Positions 1-9,181 of a stretch of DNA of 32,000 nt are shown in pieces. The notes beneath the pieces were generated by a model that saw only the letters and a program-made list of their open reading frames with translations, was not told the origin of the DNA and did not search any database. The stretch covers positions 8,929-40,928 of the forward strand of contig CAYZRF010000016.1 in the NCBI GenBank assembly GCA_964480775.1, given 5' to 3'. Made by a program: the position numbers and the translations under genes. The DNA comes from an uncultured Nitrososphaerota archaeon (GTDB lineage: Archaea > Korarchaeota > Korarchaeia > Korarchaeales > Korarchaeaceae). Every line of letters starts with the position of its first letter. Positions within the stretch are counted from its first letter, which is position 1.

Positions 1-1283
1 TAGAAGAGCTAGAAGACATGAAATTTAGGTTAGAAGATGAGATAAGGAGCGCAAGAGCCCTTTCTTCATCTTTAGACCTGAGCTTCTTTCCCTTAATGGT
101 TGGCTATGCCCTTGGCTCCACGCTAGGAGGAAATGACGAAGCAAAGTTCAAGGAACCCCTCTCAACACTTCTAGAAGAGAGGAAGAAGAACATTTCTATT
201 CTCTCAGAAAAGAAACGCAAGTTAGAAGACGTTGAAGCTGAACTAGAAAGTCTTAAGAGCAGATTGGAAAAGATCTCTGGAGAAACTGTCGAGGTTGGAG
301 CCCTGAGGATGGAAGTTTCATCTTCTGGAGGAACTGTGTCTTTCGAAATTACTTACAACCTTGGTGGCGCCTTTTGGAGCCCAACGTACGATATTTTAGT
401 CGAAGATAAAAAGGCAAAAATCATCATGTTTGCAAATATCGTACAAAATACTTCTTTTAAATGGGAGAATGTCTCTCTAATAATCTCATCTAAACCTGTT
501 GCGAGAGCAGTCAAGCCTTCCCCTAAGCCTTGGTACATACAACCCTACCCGCCCAGAAAGTTTCGAATGGCAAAAGAAGGTATGCCCTCAATGGAGCGAG
601 AAAAAAGAGGAGCTGAGCTATTGGAAGGGACCTTCGAAGAAGCTGAGTTAGCCATGGAAATGGCCGATGTCTGGAGTGGTGAATACGTTACCTACACTCC
701 TAAGGCTTTGGTTACAATTGAACCAAACAAGCCCAAACAAATAGCTTTAGAAGAACTTGAATTTGAATCAAAGATAAGGTACATTTGGGATGCTTATACT
801 CAGCCTGGGTTTGTTTCGATAGTGGAATTCAAAAATGGAGAAAGATCTCTCCTTCCAGGAAAGTATAGAGTTTACAGAGACGATTTATTTATTGGAACAG
901 GGGAACTACCCCTTATATCTCCTAAGCAAACGGTAGAACTTGCTTTAACTGCTGAAGAGAGATTCGAAACAAAGAGAGAGTTAATTATAAGAGAAGAAGA
1001 AAAGAAAGGGGTTCTAAAGGATAAAGCATACGTGAAGATGGGCTATAGGCTTACCATCAAGAACCATAAAAACGAAGAGGCAGACATAAGGATCTACGAT
1101 AGGATACCTGTCTCAAAACATCCTGAAATAAGTGTTGAGTTGGACAAATCCGAACCTAAACCAGATAAAGTCGAGATGGGGATCTTAGAGTGGAATTTTA
1201 AGATAAGACCTGACGAAACGATGAAGATAGAATACTCTTTTACAATAAAGTATCCTCCAGAACTTCCTTTGTACATTCCGTAG
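1..1283 (+). CDS. DUF4139-like protein with a coiled-coil segment; 5' end probably lies outside the window
   Basis: ORF 18..1283, but the frame is open from nt 3 to the first ATG, so the N-terminus is likely cut by the window edge. The run GGAFWSPTYDILV...IIMFANIVQNTSFKWENVSLIISS and the C-terminal RIYDRIPVS...ISV resemble DUF4139/CHP02231-type proteins. There is an E/K/L-rich heptad-like stretch near aa 50-90. Family assignment is from memory of motifs, not a search. Confidence 0.6.
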   Translation, partial: EELEDMKFRLEDEIRSARALSSSLDLSFFPLMVGYALGSTLGGNDEAKFKEPLSTLLEERKKNISILSEKKRKLEDVEAELESLKSRLEKISGETVEVGALRMEVSSSGGTVSFEITYNLGGAFWSPTYDILVEDKKAKIIMFANIVQNTSFKWENVSLIISSKPVARAVKPSPKPWYIQPYPPRKFRMAKEGMPSMEREKRGAELLEGTFEEAELAMEMADVWSGEYVTYTPKALVTIEPNKPKQIALEELEFESKIRYIWDAYTQPGFVSIVEFKNGERSLLPGKYRVYRDDLFIGTGELPLISPKQTVELALTAEERFETKRELIIREEEKKGVLKDKAYVKMGYRLTIKNHKNEEADIRIYDRIPVSKHPEISVELDKSEPKPDKVEMGILEWNFKIRPDETMKIEYSFTIKYPPELPLYIP

Positions 1284-1294
1284 GAGGCCGAGGG

Positions 1295-2260
1295 TTGAGC
1301 CTCAGGTTCGGTGTTCGAATTCCAAATGTTGTGCTCCCCAGATATTTTCCAATGTATAAGAAACTGGATTACAAAGTGTTGGTCAATTACACTGTAGAGG
1401 CGGAATCGCTTGGCTATAATTCTGTCTGGGTAAATGATCACTTGATATTTGGATCAGGCATCTTAGAGTGCTGGACAACCCTCTCTTCTTTAGCTCCTAT
1501 CACCGAAAAAGAGAGATTAGGAACTCTTGTTCTTTGTAATAACTTCAGATTTCCGTCCGTACTTGCTAAGATGGCTGCTACCTTGGACTACATCTCAGAA
1601 GGGAGGCTTGAATTCGGGATAGGGGCAGGTTGGAACGAAGAAGAGCATAGAGCATATGGCATTCCCTTTCCTAAACCTGCGGAGAGAGTAGAACGGCTAA
1701 AGGAAGCGGTTGAAATAATAAAGAAGATGTGGACGGAAGAAGCTCCTTACTACAATGGAAAGTACTACAAAATTGAAGGAGCAACCTGTGAGCCAAAGCC
1801 AATGCAGAAACCACATCCTCCCATCATGATCGGAGGAGCAGGGGAAAAACTAATGATGAAGGTAATAGCCCAACTTGCTGACAAGTGTAACTTTGCTCAT
1901 CGTTCTCCTGCTGAATATGCTCATAAGTTGAAGGTTTTGAAAGAAGCATGTCGACAGATTGGCCGCAACTTTGATGAGATAGAGAAATCTTGGTGGGGAA
2001 GGGTGATGATTTCAAGGAATAAGGATGAGGTTATTGCACAGCTAAAGGCTCTTTATTTGTCTCAAAGAAGAGAATCTCCTTTTAAGAGGTGGATTGAAGG
2101 GATAAAGGCCAATAGCATAATTGGAACTCCCGAAGAATGCGTTGAGAAGCTTAGGGAGTACATGAAGCTAGGAGTAACCTACTTCATTTTCAGGTTTGGA
2201 GATGCACCTTCAAAGAAAGGACTGAGGCTATTCGCCGAAGAAGTTATCCCAATGTTATGA
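1295..2260 (+). CDS. Luciferase-like monooxygenase (LLM) family oxidoreductase, probably F420- or flavin-dependent
   Basis: 321-aa ORF with a TTG start preceded by GGAGG/GAGGG at 1284-1294. N-terminal FGV..P......VEAESLGYNSVWVNDHL and GIGAGWNEEEH are typical LLM TIM-barrel motifs. A T6 tract at 2287-2292 follows the stop. Confidence 0.75.
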   Translation: MSLRFGVRIPNVVLPRYFPMYKKLDYKVLVNYTVEAESLGYNSVWVNDHLIFGSGILECWTTLSSLAPITEKERLGTLVLCNNFRFPSVLAKMAATLDYISEGRLEFGIGAGWNEEEHRAYGIPFPKPAERVERLKEAVEIIKKMWTEEAPYYNGKYYKIEGATCEPKPMQKPHPPIMIGGAGEKLMMKVIAQLADKCNFAHRSPAEYAHKLKVLKEACRQIGRNFDEIEKSWWGRVMISRNKDEVIAQLKALYLSQRRESPFKRWIEGIKANSIIGTPEECVEKLREYMKLGVTYFIFRFGDAPSKKGLRLFAEEVIPML

Positions 2261-2322
2261 AAGGAGAGATCACATCTATTCAGGGATTTTTTCCACATCG
2301 TTAAATTGATAAGGCTGTAATT

Positions 2323-3039
2323 TTATGAGCTTTCCTCATACATCTTCAGAACTCTCTCTATGTATCTTGTATGCAGTCTTTCGTGGTCTACTAACCTCCT
2401 TAATACTTTTCTTGCGGTCCACAGATTGCATACTGGGCTTAGGTCCTTCTTAGGTTGAAAGACTCCTCTCATTCTATCACGTGGAAAATTTTCTAAGAAA
2501 TTCATCACAACCTTTCGCGTGTAATCGAGTAGTTTAAACACATCTTTTGGGTATTTGCACGGCAAATCAACGTTAAGTCGGGTAATGTACCATGGTTCAA
2601 CATAAGCTATGTGTCTCAAACAGTTTCTTATAGTACGCGGCTTTCCTGGAGGTAACCAATCGAGACATTCATCACTCAAGTCAGAAACAAGCTTAAGCAA
2701 ATCTTTACGGGAATACCCCATTAGACGAAGGGTTCTCGTAACATCTTCCTTAGTTATTGGAAGTACTTCAGACCAGAACAAGGGTTCTGGCTTGCCAGCT
2801 TCAACCGGATTATAATTAACTCTCAGCATTTCAGCAACTTCTACTTCAAAGTCTCTAACTTCTGCTGGAATTTGTTCTCCGTGTTTTTCCACCCAATCAA
2901 ACCACTCAGCAATCGTAATCCTCACTTTCTTTAGAGCACTTTCTGGCGTTCTCCCAAAAACCCAACAACCAGGATAATCAGGAACAAAAGCCCCCGTTCC
3001 TCCTTGACCAACCTCCAGACAGACCGATATTCTCTTCAA
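2323..3039 (-). CDS. Fusion protein: N-terminal HicB-like (UPF0150) domain plus C-terminal DinB-like helical-bundle domain
   Basis: 238-aa ORF with a TTG start. The N-terminus ISVCLEVGQGGTGAFVPDYPGCWVFGRTPESALKKVRITIAEWFDW matches the HicB-family pattern (..GGY.A.VP.LPGC...G.T.EEA......AI). The C-terminal part has spaced His residues (LRHIAYVEPWY ... DHERLHTRYI), as in DinB/YfiT-like metal-binding bundles. Confidence 0.55.
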   Translation of the reverse strand: MKRISVCLEVGQGGTGAFVPDYPGCWVFGRTPESALKKVRITIAEWFDWVEKHGEQIPAEVRDFEVEVAEMLRVNYNPVEAGKPEPLFWSEVLPITKEDVTRTLRLMGYSRKDLLKLVSDLSDECLDWLPPGKPRTIRNCLRHIAYVEPWYITRLNVDLPCKYPKDVFKLLDYTRKVVMNFLENFPRDRMRGVFQPKKDLSPVCNLWTARKVLRRLVDHERLHTRYIERVLKMYEESS

Positions 3040-3206
3040 TTATACCCAGACTTCCTAAATGGCGGAAAAAGAAAAAAGCTTCTACATTGGGTCTGTGAAT
3101 TCGCTAAGCGACGTTTCATGTTAACAAACCGTTTATTATCAGAATCTATTCTATCGGCAAGAGTATTTTACGACTTTTTATCTTTCAAGCAACAACAAAT
3201 ATAACG

Positions 3207-3638
3207 ATGTCTCGAGATCCCAAAAGATATGTTGGCTATTGTGGGCTCTTCTGCCCTTCTTGCGATTGGAGAAATGGAGTTATAAGATCTACTGCAAAGG
3301 AATTGACATCCATCTTGGAGAGAAACGATGAGTTGAAGTATATTGCAGAAACCACCGGAGCCTTCAACTATGAAGAACTTATGAAAGCTCTTGACTGGCT
3401 AGCAACAAACCCAAGATGTAATGGAGGAAGCTGTAGGGCTGGAGACGGTTGGACTGATTGCCCGATAAGAAAATGCTGCAAAGAGGTTGGGGTTGATTTC
3501 TGTTACGAGTGTCCAAAATTCCCTTGTGAGACGTTTGCAAAGCATCCACTATTCGGGGAGCGTTTCATTTCAATTCAAAAAGAGATAAAGGAGTTGGGTC
3601 TTGAGGAATGGATAAAGAAGCAAGAGGAGCTTTTTTGA
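3207..3638 (+). CDS. Cys-rich DUF3795-like protein (putative metal/Fe-S binding)
   Basis: 143 aa with 11 Cys arranged YCGLFCPSC ... RCNGGSC ... DCPIRKCC ... FCYECPKFPC, the pattern I associate with DUF3795. ATG start. Its stop codon abuts the stop of the convergent D-aminoacylase gene with zero spacer. Confidence 0.55.
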   Translation: MSRDPKRYVGYCGLFCPSCDWRNGVIRSTAKELTSILERNDELKYIAETTGAFNYEELMKALDWLATNPRCNGGSCRAGDGWTDCPIRKCCKEVGVDFCYECPKFPCETFAKHPLFGERFISIQKEIKELGLEEWIKKQEELF

Positions 3639-5234
3639 CTAAGTCCTCCTGAGAACCTTTCCAGGCTTTGCCTTTGTATGCTTTTCCCCCTCTACCACAA
3701 TCTCTCCATTGACTAAAACGTACTTAATTCCTTCAGCATACTGGTGAGGATCCAAAAATGTAGCCTTGTCGATAATTCTCTTGGGATCGAAGATAACTAT
3801 GTCCGCAGCAAAGCCCTTCCTTATCATTCCCCTATTCAACAGCCGTAATCTAGTAGCTGGGGCGTTAGTCATCTTTTTTACAGCTTCTTCTAGTGTCAAA
3901 ACATTTCTATCCCTTGAATAGTGTCCTAAGACTCTAGCAAAAGTTCCGTAAGCTCTAGGATGAGGTCTTGTCTGAGATAGGGGACCATATGGTGCAGAGC
4001 AGGAGCTGTCGCTCCCAACACAGGAAAGAGGATGTCTCATCACTCTAAGCAGATCGTCCTCATGCATCCCGTGAATGATGATCCCAACTTTTCCCTCGGA
4101 TCTCAGTAAAAGTTCGAACACGGTTTCGTAAGGATCCAGTTTCCATTCCTTAGACACTTCCGCAACGGTTTTCCCTTGAACTGTCCTATCTGGAGAAAAG
4201 TCTGTTATTCTAATGATGTCATATACTTCCTTATCCATGTAATGCCCTTTCTTTACACTCTCTTCCATGTATTTCCTAATTCTTTCTCTAGTCTCGGGGT
4301 CTGCGAGCCTTCTCAGCATGGCATCAACTCCCCCTTCTTGTGCCCACTCTGGAATAAGGACATCAAGACCTGTGGAGCTTGCAGTGTAGGGATAGAAGTC
4401 AAATGTCACCTCAATCCCTTTTTCCCTAGCTTCCTCAACAATCCTGCACGATATCTTCGTTTTCCCCCAGTTCTTCTTGCCAGAAGCTTTGAAGTGAGAT
4501 ATCTCTACCCTGCATCCTGACTTCTCTCCTATTTCTATGGCTTCTTTTACGGCATCTATAAGCATATCTGACTCTCCTCTTATGTGAGATGCGTACATCC
4601 CTCCATATTGGGAAACGACCTTGCAGAGTTCAATTATCTCATCGGTCTTAGCATAGGAGCTTGGGGGATAGATAAGCCCCGTCGAAAGACCAAAGGCCCC
4701 TGCTTCCATACCTTCTCTTACATACTCTTTCATCTCTTCAAGCTCCTTCTCGTTAGGAGGTCTACGTTCGAACTGGAGAACATTCATTCTTATTGTGCCG
4801 TGGCCAATAAATGGAACGACGTTTATGCTTATGCCATTTTTCTGTAGCCTTTCTATATATTCGGCCATTGTCCTCCAATCAATGGTAACGAGCCCTTTTA
4901 TGTGATCAGCCATGGTTTTTTCAAGATATCTTGCACTCCAATCATTTATAGGAGCAAGAGAATAACCACATTGCCCTATGACCTCTGTAGTAACTCCTTG
5001 TCTAATTTTGCTTTCAGCATATGGGTTGACGAGCAAGCTTATGTCACTGTGTCCGTGCATGTCAATGAATCCAGGAGAAACTACAAGACCTGATGCATCT
5101 ATCTCTATTTCGGGTTTCTCATCCCATTTCATGCCTACTTCAGAAATTATTCCATCAGAAACGTATACATTTGAGTAGAACCAAGGACTTCCGGTTCCAT
5201 CTATAACCTTTCCGCCAACAATCGCTATTTTCAT
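3639..5234 (-). CDS. N-acyl-D-amino-acid deacylase (D-aminoacylase), amidohydrolase superfamily
   Basis: 531 aa. N-terminal beta-sandwich signature IVGGKVIDGTG...DVYVSDGIISEVG, metal-binding GFIDMHGHSD, and the C-terminal return to the small domain (FAADIVIFDP..I.DKATF.DP.QYAEGIKYVLVNGE). Length and layout are typical of D-aminoacylases. Confidence 0.8.
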   Translation of the reverse strand: MKIAIVGGKVIDGTGSPWFYSNVYVSDGIISEVGMKWDEKPEIEIDASGLVVSPGFIDMHGHSDISLLVNPYAESKIRQGVTTEVIGQCGYSLAPINDWSARYLEKTMADHIKGLVTIDWRTMAEYIERLQKNGISINVVPFIGHGTIRMNVLQFERRPPNEKELEEMKEYVREGMEAGAFGLSTGLIYPPSSYAKTDEIIELCKVVSQYGGMYASHIRGESDMLIDAVKEAIEIGEKSGCRVEISHFKASGKKNWGKTKISCRIVEEAREKGIEVTFDFYPYTASSTGLDVLIPEWAQEGGVDAMLRRLADPETRERIRKYMEESVKKGHYMDKEVYDIIRITDFSPDRTVQGKTVAEVSKEWKLDPYETVFELLLRSEGKVGIIIHGMHEDDLLRVMRHPLSCVGSDSSCSAPYGPLSQTRPHPRAYGTFARVLGHYSRDRNVLTLEEAVKKMTNAPATRLRLLNRGMIRKGFAADIVIFDPKRIIDKATFLDPHQYAEGIKYVLVNGEIVVEGEKHTKAKPGKVLRRT

Positions 5235-5327
5235 CTCACTGAGGGCTAAAGGATATTGCTTTAATTCCTTTCTGCTATATTATAGGTCAATCTTTTATGA
5301 TGTGCCTTCAAATAAGGGTAGAGACTC

Positions 5328-6440
5328 ATGGACATTAGCGTCTTAGATTTGGCATCATCTTTAATCTCCATAAATTCTACGAACCCCCGAGCTCTAGAAT
5401 TAGAGATAGCGGATTGGCTTGGGGATGTACTGGAAGAAATGGGATTTACTGTGATGAGGCAGAAGTATAACGACTCAAGAATGAATCTCTTTGCATTTAA
5501 ACGCCCTGAATTAGTCAAACTACTGCTTTGTGGCCACCTTGACACCGTACCTCCAACAGAAGGATGGAGGGGAGATCCCTTTTCCCCTAAAGTCAGAGGA
5601 GGAAAGCTCGTTGGTCTTGGTGCATGCGACATGAAGGGCGCCATTGCCACAATGATTGTTGCGGGCATTGAAGCAATTTCCGAGAACGACGAGGTAGGAG
5701 TTGGCTTTCTTTTCACATCAGATGAAGAAGTAGGAATGTCAGGGGCTAAGATGGCTGCTCCAAGGGTAAAAGACGTGTTCAGGAATTTGAGACTCTGCGT
5801 GATAGGTGAACCAACAGATCTGAGGCTAGTTACTTGCCACAAAGGGTCATTTAAAGCAAGTTTAAAGGTAAGAGGAATTGCAGCTCATAGCAGTATTCCA
5901 GAGACTGGATCTAATGCCATACACCATGGCATAAGGATTCTAAACGAAATAATTGAGCAGGGAATACCTCCTTTAGAACATCCTCTTTTGGGGAAACCAA
6001 CCCTCCAAGTTACAATTGTTAAGGGTGGAATAGCAGAAAACATAATACCAGATAGCTTTGAAGCTAGGATGGACATGAGGCTAATCCCCTCAGAGACGGA
6101 GGAAAGCAGAAAGAGTCTTTTAATGAAAATAGTAAAGGAAGACGCCAATGTCACAATGGAATTTGGTCCTTATTTTCCTCCGTATGAGGCACCGCAACTC
6201 CCTGAAATTGATTTAATAGCAAGAGTAATGGAAAGCATTGGGCTTAATTCAAGGGCTTGTGGAGTTCCTTATATGACAGAGGCCTCAGTTTACTGGATGG
6301 CGGGAATACCTTCTGTGATAATAGGACCTGGTGACATAAAACAGGCTCACAGGCCCAACGAGAGCATTTATGTGAGCAAACTCGCGCAAGCAAAAAAGCT
6401 ATACAAGAACCTTATATCGACCCTTAATGTCCCCCAATAA
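5328..6440 (+). CDS. M20-family metallo-deacylase (ArgE/DapE/LysK type)
   Basis: 370 aa. CGHLDTVP (His ligand), GACDMKG (bridging Asp) and FTSDEEVG (catalytic/ligand Glu pair), with an inserted dimerisation-type domain in the middle. I cannot separate acetylornithine, succinyl-DAP and LysW-lysine hydrolase specificity by eye. Confidence 0.75.
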   Translation: MDISVLDLASSLISINSTNPRALELEIADWLGDVLEEMGFTVMRQKYNDSRMNLFAFKRPELVKLLLCGHLDTVPPTEGWRGDPFSPKVRGGKLVGLGACDMKGAIATMIVAGIEAISENDEVGVGFLFTSDEEVGMSGAKMAAPRVKDVFRNLRLCVIGEPTDLRLVTCHKGSFKASLKVRGIAAHSSIPETGSNAIHHGIRILNEIIEQGIPPLEHPLLGKPTLQVTIVKGGIAENIIPDSFEARMDMRLIPSETEESRKSLLMKIVKEDANVTMEFGPYFPPYEAPQLPEIDLIARVMESIGLNSRACGVPYMTEASVYWMAGIPSVIIGPGDIKQAHRPNESIYVSKLAQAKKLYKNLISTLNVPQ

Positions 6441-6455
6441 CCCTGTTTTTAGGTA

Positions 6456-7313
6456 TTAATCTCCATTAAGGCCAAACATCTCCTTACAAAGGATTCCATC
6501 AAAGACCTTAACCACTCCGCCTTTCAAGTAAAGCTCATCAGTATCCTCAAAAGATACTTCTAAAACTTCTCCTAATTTAGTTATGACTTTAACTTTCCTT
6601 TCTTTGATCTTTCCCTTCAAAAAGCAGGTCAAAGCGCTTGCTGCGACTCCAGTTCCACAACTAAGCGTCTCGTTTTCTACACCCCTCTCATAGGTTCGAA
6701 CTGCTATGGTATCTCTCCCTAGAAGTTTTACAAAGTTAACATTTGTACCTCTTGGTTCGAACGCTTTGTTCCTTCTTATTTCTCTTCCAAGCTTGATGAT
6801 ATCAAGTTTTTCTAGATCCTTAACCTCTACCACAAAATGAGGTACTCCTACCTCTAAATACGTTCCTTCAAGTGTTATTTCTCCCAAATTTATAGTTAAA
6901 GCTTCTTCTATAATTAAGGGCTTCGTGAGTCGAACTTTAACGCTCCTTCCTCCCTCTAGGATTTGTCCCTCAATTACTCCTACGAGAGTCTCAAATCTCA
7001 CGATTTTGCAATCCTTTCTCACAACTTCGCTGTCATATGCAAATCTTATAGCACATCTTGCCCCATTTCCACACATTTCCCCAACAGAACCATTAGAATT
7101 GAAGAACTTCCACTTGAAATGATTGTCTGGGTTATTTGGATCCTCTATCAAGATTAAACCATCAGCGCCGATGCCCGTATGAGGAGCACAGATTTTTCTT
7201 ACAAAGTCGCCTATATCCGTTCTGACTTCTATTAAAAACTCCTGAACTTCCTTTCGCCTGTTATCTATGAGGATGAAGTCGTTTCCTGATCCATGATACT
7301 TGCTGAATTTCAT
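6456..7313 (-). CDS. dapF: Diaminopimelate epimerase
   Basis: 285 aa. Classic N-terminus MKFSKYHGSGNDFILID, first catalytic Cys in NSNGSVGEMCGNGARC and second in ETLSCGTGVAASA. Two-domain length is typical of DapF. Confidence 0.9.
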   Translation of the reverse strand: MKFSKYHGSGNDFILIDNRRKEVQEFLIEVRTDIGDFVRKICAPHTGIGADGLILIEDPNNPDNHFKWKFFNSNGSVGEMCGNGARCAIRFAYDSEVVRKDCKIVRFETLVGVIEGQILEGGRSVKVRLTKPLIIEEALTINLGEITLEGTYLEVGVPHFVVEVKDLEKLDIIKLGREIRRNKAFEPRGTNVNFVKLLGRDTIAVRTYERGVENETLSCGTGVAASALTCFLKGKIKERKVKVITKLGEVLEVSFEDTDELYLKGGVVKVFDGILCKEMFGLNGD

Positions 7314-7495
7314 GTTGCTAGTTATGCTTGGCTTTAGTTATATTTTCAACGATTGTATCTGAATTACTGACTTATTGTATGTGGTATAAAGGAACGGCAC
7401 TACTCCTTTATCCACTTTTCTTAAAAGGTAAAACTGTGGTCTTTGAAATAAACCGGGATAGCGTTTCTGCACAACAGCTAAAAGGTATTTAAAAT

Positions 7496-9079
7496 ATGGG
7501 CTTTGGAAAGGATTCAATGAAAGCCGAATCAGCATTTGTGAACGGAGTTATATTCACCCCCTCAGGAAGGGAGGAGGCTTTAGCTGTTTATAAAGGAAGA
7601 ATAATAAAGATAGGGACAAACGAAGAGATAAGATCTTTAGTTGGGCCTGAGACCAAAGTGATGGATCTCAAGGGAAAGACAGTATTACCTGGCTTAATGG
7701 ACGCTCATGTTCATCTCTCTATGTACGGACTTGCTCTCAGTCAGCTAGACCTTAGAGGTGCTAAATCGATAAAGGAAATCAAAGAAGCTGTGAAGGAAAA
7801 GGCATCATCTCTATCCAAAGGAGAATGGATCTTAGGGAGAGGGTGGGATCAAGAGCTATTTGAAGAGAAGCGATACCCGACAAGATGGGATTTAGACGAG
7901 GTCGCTCCAGATAATCCCGTATTCTTGAAAAGGGTTTGTGGCCACATAGCTGTGGCCAACAGCAAGGCCCTCGAGATTGCTTCAATATCAAAAGATACAG
8001 AGGATCCACCGAGAGGTAAAATAGATAGAGATGAAAACGGAGAGCCAACGGGAATCTTAAGAGAATGGGCTTTGGAGTTAATTTATGAGAAAATTCCGCC
8101 TCCAAGTTTAGAGCAGCTAAAAGAAGCCTTAGCAAAGGCTATTAAGGAAGCTGTAAAGAGAGGACTAACCACAATTCACTTCATATGCTCTGATATGTTT
8201 CCTAATGAATTTCGGGCTCTTCAACTCCTAAGAAAGGAGGGAAGATTGCTTTTAAGAATCTATTTAATTCCTCCGTACGCTTTCTTAGAGAAACTAGAAG
8301 AAATAGGCATCTTTACTGGATTTGGAGATAACATGCTAAGGATTGGAGGAATAAAAATACTGGAGGACGGCTCCTTAGGTGGAAGGACAGCAGCACTTGA
8401 GGAACCCTATGCAGACATGCCAGAAAAGAAGGGAATGTTGATTTACTCTCCAGAAGAACTAAAAGAGATGGTTCTAAAGATCCATAAGGCTGGATTTCAA
8501 GCAGCAATCCATGCTATAGGGGATAGGGCCATCAATGTGACCTTGGATGCGATAGAATATGCTATAAAGCATGAACCAAGGGACCACAGGCACAGGATAG
8601 AACACGCATCGGTTGTTAATCCTAAAATAATTGAGAGAATGAGAAAACTTAATGTCGTTGCAGTTTGCCAGCCCCACTTCATATTTACTGATTTTTGGGC
8701 AAAGGACAGGCTTGGACCGGAAAGAGCAAGGTGGACTTATGCCTTGAAATCACTTAGAGAGAATGTTGTTGTGGTTGGTTCCTCTGACTGCCCCGTTGAA
8801 CCTATAGACCCACTAAGAGGAATTTGGGCCGCAGTAACTAGACCGTTTTTGCCCGAAAATGAAAAACTAACAGTTGAGGAAGCCATTGAAATTTACACGA
8901 AAGGAGGCGCTTATGCATCGTTCGAAGAGAATGAAAAGGGATCAATAGAAGAGGGAAAGCTAGCGGATCTTGTAGTGTTATCTGAAGACCCAACAAAAAT
9001 CGATCCTGATAAAATAAAGGACATAAAAGTTGATATGGTAGTGGTTGATGGGAAAATAGTTTACGAGAGAAAAACTTAG
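7496..9079 (+). CDS. Amidohydrolase family protein (Amidohydro_3 / YtcJ-like metal-dependent hydrolase)
   Basis: 527 aa. LPGLMDAHVHL (HxH), HAIGDRA, HRIEHAS, and a C-terminal GSIEEGKLADLVVLSEDP...V..VVVDGKIV closure. The true start may be the ATG at 7517 (M8), because a TATA-like TATTTAAAATA (7486-7496) overlaps the first ATG. Confidence 0.75.
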   Translation: MGFGKDSMKAESAFVNGVIFTPSGREEALAVYKGRIIKIGTNEEIRSLVGPETKVMDLKGKTVLPGLMDAHVHLSMYGLALSQLDLRGAKSIKEIKEAVKEKASSLSKGEWILGRGWDQELFEEKRYPTRWDLDEVAPDNPVFLKRVCGHIAVANSKALEIASISKDTEDPPRGKIDRDENGEPTGILREWALELIYEKIPPPSLEQLKEALAKAIKEAVKRGLTTIHFICSDMFPNEFRALQLLRKEGRLLLRIYLIPPYAFLEKLEEIGIFTGFGDNMLRIGGIKILEDGSLGGRTAALEEPYADMPEKKGMLIYSPEELKEMVLKIHKAGFQAAIHAIGDRAINVTLDAIEYAIKHEPRDHRHRIEHASVVNPKIIERMRKLNVVAVCQPHFIFTDFWAKDRLGPERARWTYALKSLRENVVVVGSSDCPVEPIDPLRGIWAAVTRPFLPENEKLTVEEAIEIYTKGGAYASFEENEKGSIEEGKLADLVVLSEDPTKIDPDKIKDIKVDMVVVDGKIVYERKT

Positions 9080-9181
9080 CATCTTTGTATCAACCACTGT
9101 AAGCTCTAAAGTGGCTATTAGCGAACATCTCCAACTTATGCTCATGGTTATAGGTAATGCTCGAATTCAGCATCAAGGTCG

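Noticed and set aside
1094-1441. 115-aa minus-strand ORF spanning the junction of the DUF4139-like and LLM genes.
   Set aside because: It is antisense to two well-supported genes and their RBS region, with no motifs. Spurious.
3004-3204. 66-aa ORF in the divergent promoter region between the HicB/DinB-like gene and the DUF3795-like gene. Considered as a possible HicA-like toxin partner.
   Set aside because: It overlaps the 5' end of the minus-strand gene in antisense, has no RBS, and shows no HicA-like motifs (no dsRBD-type basic/His pattern). Its composition looks like translated promoter DNA.
5261-5842. 193-aa ORF antisense to the M20 deacylase gene. Similar long antisense ORFs occur at 27359-27931 (190 aa), 22121-22618 (165 aa) and 19775-20248 (157 aa).
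   Set aside because: Each lies entirely inside a sense-strand gene with strong family motifs. Their translations are Ser/Pro/Thr/Leu-rich low-complexity strings with no recognisable motifs. Long stop-free antisense frames are a known by-product of purine-rich (GAR/AAR) codon usage. There is no independent RBS or promoter evidence.
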